DNA of 64,000 nucleotides. Origin: Oscillospiraceae bacterium (GTDB lineage Bacteria; Bacillota; Clostridia; Oscillospirales; CAG-272). Both the position numbers and the translations under genes were made by a program. Location: assembly GCA_015065385.1 (NCBI GenBank), contig SVQK01000056.1, positions 270,983-334,982 on the forward strand. The letters run 5' to 3'. Below the pieces are notes generated by a model. It searched no databases, was not told the DNA's origin, and saw only the letters and a list, made by a program, of their open reading frames with translations. Numbering within the stretch: position 1 is the stretch's first letter; the number at the start of each line of letters is the position of its first letter. Shown piece by piece: positions 14,652 to 23,195 of the stretch.

Positions 14652-16485
14652 GACCATGCCTAAGCTGGTTCACGTCACACGGCTTGACAGTTTCCCCGTA
14701 ACCCGTGCAACGTACACGGATGAAGGTTATCTGTCCGACCGACCGATTCTGACGTCAACCGGAATCTTCGAGTACAAAAACAAAGATGGCTCGATCAGAC
14801 GGGAGCTGAGGCTCCCGGAGGAAGTTTTTGACCCTGAAAGTCTTGAATCCTATAAAGGGAAGCCCATCGTGATAACACACGATGCCGGGCTTATTAACCG
14901 TGACAATGTTCAGGAAAATCAGATAGGGACGATCCTCAGCGCCGGTGAGCGCGACGGGGATGATGTTCGGGCTGACATCATGATTCATGATACAAAGGCC
15001 CTGAAAAACTGTCGATTCAAGGAACTGTCGCTCGGTTACAACCTCGACCTTGAAGAGGAACCGGGAGAATGGGAAGGGCAGAAATATGATGCCATCCAGC
15101 GGAACATCCGCGTGAACCATCTTGCCGTTGTCAGGGAGGCAAGGGCGGGAGATCAGGCGCGGCTGAACATAGATAGCCGTTCCGATAACACAATCTTAAC
15201 AGGAGGACATAGGACTATGGCCAAGAAGAAGACCCGCCGTAAATACAACAACGACGGCATCCTCAGCCCTGAACAGCTGCAGGAAGCAATCGCAAAGTAT
15301 AAGGCGGAACAGGCGGCGCTTGCCGCTGAAAATCAGGACGAAGATCCTGATGAAGAGGCCGAGGAACTCGCAAAGACCGAGGTTGTAAACCCCGAGGCCG
15401 ATGTGCAGAAGAATGAGCTGAACAAGGATACGGACAAGCCGGTTCCTGCTCCGCAGAATACCGCGCCGCAGGTGCTCCCCCCGAAGAAGCCCGTGGCTCC
15501 GAGCATCCCGCTCCCGAGTCAGGACAGGCCCATTGAGGAGAAGCTCGACGCGGTGAAGCACAGACGCGATCTCCGCGACGAGAAGGGTGACCCCAAGGAC
15601 CTTAATGAGGCCATGGAAAGCATCGCTGAATACGACGAGGAGCACGATTATTATCGTGACATCATCGACACCCTTCTCGCTGAACGTGACTTCGAAAAGG
15701 GTAAGAAGGCCGACTCTGCGCAGGAGCCCATCCCCGACACCGAGACCGCTGAAATCGGTGACAAGGGCAAGGAGAAAGACGAGGACTGTGTGGACAACAA
15801 GCTCGACTCCGAAGACGCTGACACCCCCTTCACCGATGAAGAAGAGGTAAAGGAAGACGACGAGGAAGACACCGACCCGTTTGGTGACGAGGACTTCGCT
15901 GACGAAGATCTCACCGAAAACGAGGGTGAGGAAGAGGATCCGGCTTTTGCCGATTCTGACCTCGGCGACCCGGACTCCGCTGATCCCGATAACGAGGACG
16001 ACGATGACGAAGAGGCACTTCCCGACTACGATCTCACCGATCCCGACATCGACGATGCAGATGAGGAGGAGGAATCCTACCCGCGTCTGAATCAGGATTC
16101 TATCGACCGGGCTGTTCGGAAAGAAGTGCAAAGACGGCTCGCCATCGCCAAGGTAGGCCAGCGGCTCAACATGGACGGTCTGGAAACCATGAGCCTCCGC
16201 AAAGCGAAGCGCATGGTCATTAAGAAGGTTTATCCTTCTGTCCGGCTCGACGGTAAGAGTGACGCCTACATCAACGGTATGTACAACTGCTGCGTAAAAG
16301 AGCTGAAGAAACACCCCCGGAAGGATACCGCCTACCAGAAGCGGCAGATGTTCAATAAGGTGTTCAACAAGGACTCTCAGGACTTCGATAACACCGATTC
16401 CGCGGCAACCGCGCGTGACAAGATGATCGAACGGCAGCTGGATCGCAAGCCGGAACGTCATAGCGTTCGTGCGGAAAAGAAATAA
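14644..16485 (+). CDS. Scaffold / prohead-processing protein (resembles DUF2213) with a long acidic C-terminal half
   Basis: ATG 14644 after GGAGGAAG. The block ELSLGYNLDLEEEPGEWEGQKYDAIQRNIRVNHLAVVREARAG matches my recollection of DUF2213. It sits between the portal/MuF genes and the capsid gene. The C-terminal half has about 200 aa of D/E-rich low complexity. Confidence 0.7.
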   Translation: MNKTMPKLVHVTRLDSFPVTRATYTDEGYLSDRPILTSTGIFEYKNKDGSIRRELRLPEEVFDPESLESYKGKPIVITHDAGLINRDNVQENQIGTILSAGERDGDDVRADIMIHDTKALKNCRFKELSLGYNLDLEEEPGEWEGQKYDAIQRNIRVNHLAVVREARAGDQARLNIDSRSDNTILTGGHRTMAKKKTRRKYNNDGILSPEQLQEAIAKYKAEQAALAAENQDEDPDEEAEELAKTEVVNPEADVQKNELNKDTDKPVPAPQNTAPQVLPPKKPVAPSIPLPSQDRPIEEKLDAVKHRRDLRDEKGDPKDLNEAMESIAEYDEEHDYYRDIIDTLLAERDFEKGKKADSAQEPIPDTETAEIGDKGKEKDEDCVDNKLDSEDADTPFTDEEEVKEDDEEDTDPFGDEDFADEDLTENEGEEEDPAFADSDLGDPDSADPDNEDDDDEEALPDYDLTDPDIDDADEEEESYPRLNQDSIDRAVRKEVQRRLAIAKVGQRLNMDGLETMSLRKAKRMVIKKVYPSVRLDGKSDAYINGMYNCCVKELKKHPRKDTAYQKRQMFNKVFNKDSQDFDNTDSAATARDKMIERQLDRKPERHSVRAEKK

Positions 16486-16508
16486 TCACACTCACAGGAG
16501 GAAACAAA

Positions 16509-17000
16509 ATGCAGACTGCTTATAAGTACTTCGCAGGTAGGGGCATCGCGGGCGGCCTCGTGGATCTCGCTCCCTACGCAATCGACAGCTTCATCAATGA
16601 GGAAGAGAACGGTGTTCTGAAGCCGGGTCTCGCCGCGATGTCCGGCACGAACGCCGGAACCCAGATCAAGCTCTACACCGGCGCTGACGCCACCTTCGAG
16701 GGCGTTATCAACAACAACCGGAACACCGAGTACGATCTTGACGGCCACCTCCGGATTCTGAAAGGCGCGGGCGTCGGTGTGGTCCGTTGGGGCCGCGTTT
16801 ACGTTCGTGTGGCCGAAGGTGTAGAAGTGGCCTACGACGATCCGCTGTATGTCGTGAAGACCGGCGACGAAACCGGTTTCTTCACTAACACCGCTGGCAC
16901 GGCTGGCAGTGAAACCGGTGTCGCCGTCAGGGGTCGTTTCCTTGGCCCGGTGGAGAACGGCATCGCCCCCGTCGAACTGTTCAATCAGGCCGACGCCTAA
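16509..17000 (+). CDS. Head structural protein (decoration/cement candidate)
   Basis: 163 aa with an AGGAGG RBS. The call rests on its position between the scaffold and major capsid genes; no diagnostic motif was seen. Confidence 0.5.
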   Translation: MQTAYKYFAGRGIAGGLVDLAPYAIDSFINEEENGVLKPGLAAMSGTNAGTQIKLYTGADATFEGVINNNRNTEYDLDGHLRILKGAGVGVVRWGRVYVRVAEGVEVAYDDPLYVVKTGDETGFFTNTAGTAGSETGVAVRGRFLGPVENGIAPVELFNQADA

Positions 17001-17037
17001 TTGAACAAGAACTGATTCAAAACAGGAGGAAATACAC

Positions 17038-18072
17038 ATGGCAAACAAGCACAGATCCTATGAGAAGGACGAGGCGAGAGCTCTTCGGGACTCTGGTATT
17101 GCGAAAGCGATCATCGCCTCTGAAGGCACTCGTTTCGACAGCGCTGAGGAAGCATCTGTTTTCTTCGCCCGTGAGCTGGATTTCGTCAAGAGCCAGTCCT
17201 ACGACGTTGAATACCCCGAACTGACCGCGCTGAACATCTTCCCGATCAGCACCGAAGCTGATGAGGGCGCGGAAACCATCACCTACTACACCTACGACAA
17301 GAAGGGCGTCGCCAAGATCATCGACAGCTATTCTACGGACCTTCCGAGAGCTGACGTGGATGGTACCCCCTCTGTCGCCAAGATCAAGTCTCTCGGTGCT
17401 TCCTACGGTTACTCCGCTCAGGAAATGAGAGCGTCCCGTCTCGCCGGTAAGGGGCTGGATGCCCGGAAAGCCGAGTCCGCAAGATGGGCTATCGACTCCG
17501 CGAACAACAAGATCGCGTGGGCCGGTGATACCGCTTCCGGTCTGATGGGCGTTCTTTCTGCGGGTCAGTCTATCCCGCTGTACACCATCCTCGCTGATGG
17601 TTCCGGTAAGACCAAGTGGACCGAAAAGGACCCCGACGCCATCCTTGACGACATCAACGGCATGGCGAAGCAGGTGGCCAGAACCACGAAGAACGTGGAA
17701 CGCCCCGATACCCTCTGCGTCCCTGCCGATGTGTATATGCACATCGCAACCAAGAGAATCCCGCAGACCGCTACCTCCGTGCTGAACTACCTCCTCGAGA
17801 ACGCTCCGTACATCAAGGAGATCGTCAGCGCGGCTGAGCTGGATGCCGATTCCGTTGAGACCAACCCCTACGCCGCGGCTTCCGGTGGTCAGGGCGTCGC
17901 CTTCCTGTTCAAGAAGGACAAGAAGAAGCTCTCCCTCGAGAACCCGATGCCCTTCAACCAGTACACCGCCCAGACCAGAAATCTGGAAACCATCATCCCC
18001 TGCGAAGCCAGAACTGCGGGCGTCATCGTGTACTACCCCCTGTCCTGCCTGATCGCTATCGGCGTTTCCTAA
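17038..18072 (+). CDS. Major capsid protein (resembles the DUF2184 / encapsulin-like HK97 fold family)
   Basis: 344 aa with a strong RBS. The sequence FARELDFVKSQSYDVEYPELTALNIFPIS...YGYSAQEMRASRLAG is typical of the portal-DUF2213-DUF2184 head module. Confidence 0.8.
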   Translation: MANKHRSYEKDEARALRDSGIAKAIIASEGTRFDSAEEASVFFARELDFVKSQSYDVEYPELTALNIFPISTEADEGAETITYYTYDKKGVAKIIDSYSTDLPRADVDGTPSVAKIKSLGASYGYSAQEMRASRLAGKGLDARKAESARWAIDSANNKIAWAGDTASGLMGVLSAGQSIPLYTILADGSGKTKWTEKDPDAILDDINGMAKQVARTTKNVERPDTLCVPADVYMHIATKRIPQTATSVLNYLLENAPYIKEIVSAAELDADSVETNPYAAASGGQGVAFLFKKDKKKLSLENPMPFNQYTAQTRNLETIIPCEARTAGVIVYYPLSCLIAIGVS

Positions 18073-18090
18073 GATCCGAACAAGCCAAAA

Positions 18091-18123
18091 ACGGGGGACG
18101 GGAACAGGGAACCCGCCCCCCGT
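18091..18123 (+). terminator. Long GC hairpin after the capsid gene (no T-tract)
   Basis: ACGGGGGACGGG...CCCGCCCCCCGT forms an approximately 12-bp stem with one mismatch. Confidence 0.45.
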
Positions 18124-18161
18124 CCCATTCGTGAAAACGACACATCTTTTGGAGGTTAAAA

Positions 18162-18506
18162 ATGCTTTTCATCAAAAATTGCAGCTCAAAAGTGATTCAC
18201 ATCGGTAATCAGATGGTTCTTCCGGACGAAAGAATCGAAGATTCCATCGTTGACGGTCTCAAGCTCTCAGATAACGCGGCGGTCGGGACGCTTCTTGATC
18301 TCGGGTATCTGGAACTGGTAGACGTCGTTGAAGTTCCGAAGAAAACCGGAAGCCGCGAGGCCAGAGTGGAAACGGTAGAGGTTGACGTCCCTGCCGATGA
18401 ACCCGAACCTGCCCCCGAACAGCCCGCCCCTGAACAGCCCAAAGCGGAAACCACGCCAGAGACAAAAACCACGACAAAGACCGGCGCGAGAGGCAAACGG
18501 GGCTAA
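18162..18506 (+). CDS. Hypothetical protein with a Pro/Glu/Thr-rich basic tail
   Basis: 114-aa ORF with a GGAGG RBS. No recognisable motif. Confidence 0.6.
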   Translation: MLFIKNCSSKVIHIGNQMVLPDERIEDSIVDGLKLSDNAAVGTLLDLGYLELVDVVEVPKKTGSREARVETVEVDVPADEPEPAPEQPAPEQPKAETTPETKTTTKTGARGKRG

Positions 18507-18528
18507 AAATCTTCTATGAGGTGATAGC

Positions 18529-18942
18529 ATGACCGCCCTTGAAATAATCAGAGTCGTAGGCACGGAGTTCAAAGACATAAGCGATGAAGTCCTTGAACAG
18601 TGGATCGAAATCGTGAAGCCGATGGTCTCCAAGAAGCAATTCGGGAACTTGTATGAACAGGGCCTTGCCTTTCTCGTGTGCCACAAATTGAAAATGGCCG
18701 GGGAAGGGAATAACCCCCTCGGCGACGAGTTTAATACCGCCAGCCTCGGCTTCGGTGTATCCAGTGTTTCCGAGGGCGGTAGTTCTATCAGTTTCAGCGC
18801 CTCACAATCTTCTAATCTTGCAAACGATGCGGAGCTGGCACTGACCGCGTATGGCTTGCAATATCTCAGCATCCGGAGAATGGTGATCGTTCCGATCCAT
18901 ATTAGCGGGGAAGGTGAGAACTATGTCCATCGGCTTCCATGA
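18529..18942 (+). CDS. Head-tail adaptor (resembles DUF4054)
   Basis: [39 protein letters not shown]...LAFLVCHKL, positioned after the capsid gene. Confidence 0.6.
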   Translation: MTALEIIRVVGTEFKDISDEVLEQWIEIVKPMVSKKQFGNLYEQGLAFLVCHKLKMAGEGNNPLGDEFNTASLGFGVSSVSEGGSSISFSASQSSNLANDAELALTAYGLQYLSIRRMVIVPIHISGEGENYVHRLP

Positions 18943-19384
18943 TTTGAAAATGTCTCCGAAGGGCGCAAAGTTCATGGCAGAACTGAACTGGCTGGCAAAC
19001 CGAACGATTCATGTCGGCTTCCAGCGGGGAAAGGGTGTCTATGAAAATGGAGCCGATGTTGCCGATGTTGCTATGTACAACGAATTCGGCACTTCCAAGA
19101 TTCCGCCAAGACCCTTTATGGAGCAATCCTTCAAACGGCACGAAGTGGAGTATGTTGAGGAATGTGAGAACATCTTCAACGCCATGATTAAAGGTCAGAA
19201 GACCGACAGCCTGATCCGGAAGTTTGGCGCAAAAGTCAAACAGGATATTGTGGACGAAATAGAGCTGGGGCAATTCGTACCGAACGCCCCATCCACGGTT
19301 GCAAAGAAGGGGTTCAACAAGCCCTTGTACGAAACCGGCTTGATGGAGAAATCTATCTCCTACTACACGGAGAAAGTGAAGTGA
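18923..19384 (+). CDS. Neck/tail-completion protein, HK97 gp10-like
   Basis: [16 protein letters not shown] is the HK97 gp10 family signature. ATG 18923 follows GAAGGTGAG. Confidence 0.7.
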   Translation: MSIGFHDLKMSPKGAKFMAELNWLANRTIHVGFQRGKGVYENGADVADVAMYNEFGTSKIPPRPFMEQSFKRHEVEYVEECENIFNAMIKGQKTDSLIRKFGAKVKQDIVDEIELGQFVPNAPSTVAKKGFNKPLYETGLMEKSISYYTEKVK

Positions 19385-19388
19385 TGGC

Positions 19389-19793
19389 ATGAATATCCGA
19401 CTGTTCAACCGGAAATATACCCTCCGGTCGTTCGGCCCGCCTACAATCAGGAATGGGTATGCTATTCCTTCTGGATACACCGACAAAACGGTGAGCATCC
19501 ATGTACATCCGTCTGGTGGGGATCAGGTACAGGATAAGGATGGAGCGGGCGAGGGCGTGGCAAGACGCCTCGAAGGACATGGAGAGGTAGAAATAAAAAT
19601 CTCGGACAGAGAGGCCGGAACAAAAGCAGATATGCTATTTTTTGACGGCCATTGGTACGAGTGCGTTTCGTGTGAGCACTGGTTTCATACCATCCTCACG
19701 CATTACAACTACCGATTTGCCCTTGTCCCCGAACATGCAGAAGGAAAGAAAAGTGAGTTTAATGCTCCGATGACGTATGGAGGTGGATTGTGA
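19389..19793 (+). CDS. Neck/tail structural protein, unassigned
   Basis: 134-aa ORF, tightly coupled within the neck gene block. Confidence 0.5.
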   Translation: MNIRLFNRKYTLRSFGPPTIRNGYAIPSGYTDKTVSIHVHPSGGDQVQDKDGAGEGVARRLEGHGEVEIKISDREAGTKADMLFFDGHWYECVSCEHWFHTILTHYNYRFALVPEHAEGKKSEFNAPMTYGGGL

Positions 19794-20758
19794 GGATAAA
19801 GGACGTCAGAAAACTTTTTTGTTCTCTGACTGAAGAATATTTCTCAAATGCAATTGTGCTTCTTTCGCGTCAAAGCAGGATTGCAAAACCAGAACTTCCT
19901 CTCGTTTTGCTGACATTCGGGACTGTGACCCGACCTTCCCGCCCGAATCTTCAAGTGTTCGACGGCGTGAATGTGGAGCAATATGCGTCTAATGTCCAGC
20001 TTGATATAGATCTGTTTACCCACGGCATACCAATCGTAGATCAAGAGATTGGGGTTGTCGGTTATGAGGATTCCGCCGTTGAGGATTTGACGGCTTTTGA
20101 TGATTTCCTTAACTCCGAATATGTTCTGGAATGGTGCGATATTCATTCCTTGACGATTCAGCGGGAGGGAGATATAGAATCCTTATCCGGTATTATCGGC
20201 GAAACGTCTTATGAATACCGGGCCAGAATGCGGCTCATTCTGTCATTCGTTTCCTTGGCAGTAGAACACGCCGCAGTAAACGATGAGAGCAGTATTGTTT
20301 ATCCCACGGGAAGATTCGATGGGGATGAGGAAATCTTTGAACCGGGTGCGCCCGTAAGGAAAACGAGTACAACCGGAGGGTTTGGAAGTCCGGAAGAGGA
20401 AAAAGAAAAACGGGCGACCGTCGTTCCTCATTACACACCCACGAGCAGTGGAGGCGGATCCGAAATCCTCGCTATGTTCAATACCGGGTACTTCACCGAA
20501 GCCGAGGTGGAGTTTGTTCCTTATACCCGCGAGGGAGAATATGTATCCCATGGCTTTGCGGTCAGAGGCCATCTCGACGCCACGGCAAGACGGCTTCTTG
20601 ATTACCTGCAAGAGTTAGGATTTTACCCGGTTACAGCCGACTTTGACCTGAAGCATTCCGTGACCTATGTCAGCGACGATGATTTGATCGTTGAGGTTGA
20701 CGAGGAAAACAAAGCTCTTATCATCAAGCGGGGAAAGAAGACTTCCGATCCCGTATAA
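19790..20758 (+). CDS. Tail structural protein, unassigned (322 aa)
   Basis: The GTG start overlaps the upstream stop. It lies just before the sheath gene. Confidence 0.5.
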   Translation: MRIKDVRKLFCSLTEEYFSNAIVLLSRQSRIAKPELPLVLLTFGTVTRPSRPNLQVFDGVNVEQYASNVQLDIDLFTHGIPIVDQEIGVVGYEDSAVEDLTAFDDFLNSEYVLEWCDIHSLTIQREGDIESLSGIIGETSYEYRARMRLILSFVSLAVEHAAVNDESSIVYPTGRFDGDEEIFEPGAPVRKTSTTGGFGSPEEEKEKRATVVPHYTPTSSGGGSEILAMFNTGYFTEAEVEFVPYTREGEYVSHGFAVRGHLDATARRLLDYLQELGFYPVTADFDLKHSVTYVSDDDLIVEVDEENKALIIKRGKKTSDPV

Positions 20759-20804
20759 GTGAGCCGCAATATCCCATAAATCATAGAAACGGAGGAAAAT
20801 CCGA

Positions 20805-21944
20805 ATGAGCAAGAAAAATTACGACCTGATCGCAACCGTCGATATTGATATTGTCTCCCCTATCGTGGATGATACCAGTTTCGACAATATGCTGATCGTC
20901 GGTCCTGCTCCGTCCGTTGCGCCTGAAACCGCTCCGCCCGACTTCGGTGCTTACCGATCTCTGGATGAGGTTCTGGATACCGGGTGGAGCCTTGAAGCGC
21001 ATGATCCTATCGCCGAGGCCGCACAAGTTGCGTTCTCCCAGACTCCTCGTCCGACCGTTCTGTATATCGCTCCCATCAAGGATACCGACACCGTTCAGCA
21101 GGGCGAAGGTCAGGATGCTGTAATGGTCGTGTCTCCGCTGAAAGCCATCGAGCGGGCCATCGACAGCGTGAAGTGGTACGTTCTCTGCACCGCTGGCGTG
21201 GATTCGACTTGGTATGAGGAAATCGCCGAGTTCATCGAAGCCTACGACAAGATGTTCGTTTACACGGAGACTGAATATCTCCGCAACAACAAGACCGCTT
21301 CTACCGGAGCTGTGTATAACAGAACCGTGGGCGTGTTTGGCCCCGAAAACGGGACTCAGGTTGTTGCGGATATGCCTCGTGCCAACAAGTACATGAACGT
21401 GGCGTTTACCGCTGACTGGCTGAACTACCAGCCCGGATCCGAAACCACGGCGTTCAAGCAGCTCACCGCTGTGTATCCTTCCGAGCTGACTTCCACTCAG
21501 CTTGCAAACCTCGCGGAAGATGGCCTGTGCTACTTCATCACGGTTGGGAACCGCAACATTACCATGAGCGGCAAGACCCGTTCTGGCGAGTGGGCCGACG
21601 TGATCCGGTTCCGCGACTGGCTTAAGAACGATATGCAGATTCGTGTTGTGAATCTTTTCATCATGAACGCGAAGATTCCGTACACCGATGAAGGTATCGC
21701 TCTGATCCACAACGCCATGATCGCTTCTCTGAAACGCGGTCAGGTTATGGGCGGTATCGCTCGGGACGAGTTCGACGAATACGGGATTCGTATTCCCGGT
21801 TTCGCCACTTCTGTCCCGCTTGCCTCCAGCCTCACCGCTTCGGAGAAAGCGTCTCGTATTCTGCGCGGATGCAAGTTCAGGGCGAGACTTGCCGGGGCGA
21901 TCCATTTCGCCGAGATCAAGGGCAGCTTGACCTACGAGCTGTAA
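20805..21944 (+). CDS. Tail sheath-like protein (resembles DUF3383)
   Basis: 379 aa, immediately upstream of a tube-like gene, a chaperone and the tape measure. The assignment rests on synteny plus recollection of the family. Confidence 0.55.
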   Translation: MSKKNYDLIATVDIDIVSPIVDDTSFDNMLIVGPAPSVAPETAPPDFGAYRSLDEVLDTGWSLEAHDPIAEAAQVAFSQTPRPTVLYIAPIKDTDTVQQGEGQDAVMVVSPLKAIERAIDSVKWYVLCTAGVDSTWYEEIAEFIEAYDKMFVYTETEYLRNNKTASTGAVYNRTVGVFGPENGTQVVADMPRANKYMNVAFTADWLNYQPGSETTAFKQLTAVYPSELTSTQLANLAEDGLCYFITVGNRNITMSGKTRSGEWADVIRFRDWLKNDMQIRVVNLFIMNAKIPYTDEGIALIHNAMIASLKRGQVMGGIARDEFDEYGIRIPGFATSVPLASSLTASEKASRILRGCKFRARLAGAIHFAEIKGSLTYEL

Positions 21945-21962
21945 GAGAGGAAGGTGAAATAA

Positions 21963-22394
21963 ATGGCCGCTGGAAGAATCAAAACCTACAACCCCCGTGA
22001 AATCACTTGCACCCTCGGCTCCCACATCGTTGAAGGGTATGCAGAGGACAGTTTCATTCAGATCGAGCCGAACGGGGACGGCATCACGAAGAAGGTCGGC
22101 TGCGACGGCGAAATCGTCCGTTCCGTCAGCCCCGATAGAACCTACAACATTCGGATCGTTCTGCTGAGATCTTCTGCTTCTGCGAAGTTCCTTCAGGACA
22201 AGTTCGATGAAGATGTGGAAACCGGAAATGCCCTGTTCCCGATCCTGATTAAGGATTTGAAGGGCGGCATGGTCTTTGCCTCCGACGCTTGCTGGGTTGT
22301 GCGTTCTGCGCCTCGGCAGTTCGGACGTCAGGCCCCCGACCTTGAATGGGAACTTTCCACTGGTGAGGCTGATCTCACCGAAGAGGGCGAATAA
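21963..22394 (+). CDS. Tail tube protein (resembles DUF3277)
   Basis: 143 aa. MAAGRIKTYNPREITCTLGSHIVEGYAEDSFIQIEPNGDG is typical of this tube family, and the synteny fits. Confidence 0.6.
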   Translation: MAAGRIKTYNPREITCTLGSHIVEGYAEDSFIQIEPNGDGITKKVGCDGEIVRSVSPDRTYNIRIVLLRSSASAKFLQDKFDEDVETGNALFPILIKDLKGGMVFASDACWVVRSAPRQFGRQAPDLEWELSTGEADLTEEGE

Positions 22395-22459
22395 GCTGAA
22401 CGAAAGGGGGAGGATCAAGGGGATGGTTCTCCCCCGTTTCTTTGAATGGAGGTAAAAAT

Positions 22460-22987
22460 ATGTACGCGCTGAAAAGAACGGAATCCACCCAATTCGATAT
22501 TGGTGAGTATTCCTTTTACGTTACGCCTTTTCCGGCAATGAAGAGCGCCGGTATCGCCGCGGATGTGGCAAAGGTAATCGGTCCCGCTCTTGGCGGTTTC
22601 ATTTCACTCGTTGGGGGAAACGGAACCGAAGAGGCTAATGCGGATAATTTACTGGCTGGCATCGATTCCCAGAAAGCTGTATCTGTTATCGGAGAAGCGC
22701 TGTCTTCTCTGAATGGGGATGAGATGGAGCGAATTATCAGCCGTTTGTTGCTCGATAACAACAATGTATCCGTCAGCGGTCCGTACACCGACTTCAAAGC
22801 TGTGCGAATGAACCGCGAAGCCTTTGATGAGGTTTTCTGCTGTGAAGCTCAAAACATATTCGTCCTCTGCTGGGATGTAATCAATCTGAACTACAAGAGT
22901 TTTTTCAAGAACATCGCTCTCCAATTTGGAAACCAAACCGAGTCTACGGAGAGTTTGACTACGAGCGCTATGGAGAGCTTGACTTAA
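22460..22987 (+). CDS. Tail assembly chaperone (frame-0 product)
   Basis: ATG 22460 lies 6 nt after GGAGG. It is located between the tube and tape-measure genes and contains a slippery heptamer near its 3' end. Confidence 0.6.
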   Translation: MYALKRTESTQFDIGEYSFYVTPFPAMKSAGIAADVAKVIGPALGGFISLVGGNGTEEANADNLLAGIDSQKAVSVIGEALSSLNGDEMERIISRLLLDNNNVSVSGPYTDFKAVRMNREAFDEVFCCEAQNIFVLCWDVINLNYKSFFKNIALQFGNQTESTESLTTSAMESLT

Positions 22988-23178
22988 CAGCGTTCAATGA
23001 TCTGGAAATGCGGATGTACACGCTGATCAAAGCGCGTCTCGCATCCAAATTCGAACTGGAAACTTGCTATACACTTGAAGAGGCATTGAAACTGTATGCC
23101 TTGTATCAGATGGAGCTTGATATAGAAGCCGCTAAATCGGAAGAGATGAAGCGGGAACACGAAACAGGAAGACACTAA
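22900..23178 (+). CDS. -1 programmed-frameshift extension of the tail assembly chaperone
   Basis: T TTT TTC at 22900-22906 is in X XXY YYZ phase with frame 0. From 22906 the -1 frame is open for 90 codons (QEHRSPIWKPNRVYGEFDYERYGELDLTAFNDLEMRMYTLIKARL...EHETGRH*). It ends at 23178, 17 nt before the tape-measure start, and fills an otherwise non-coding gap. Confidence 0.5.
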   Translation, partial: FFQEHRSPIWKPNRVYGEFDYERYGELDLTAFNDLEMRMYTLIKARLASKFELETCYTLEEALKLYALYQMELDIEAAKSEEMKREHETGRH

Positions 23179-23195
23179 CCGAGGGAGGTGAGATT

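Noticed and set aside
15700-16080. The acidic D/E-rich repetitive stretch in the scaffold gene, considered as a DNA tandem repeat or assembly artefact.
   Set aside because: There is no exact nucleotide periodicity. It reads as a continuous low-complexity acidic region in frame, which is common in scaffolding proteins.
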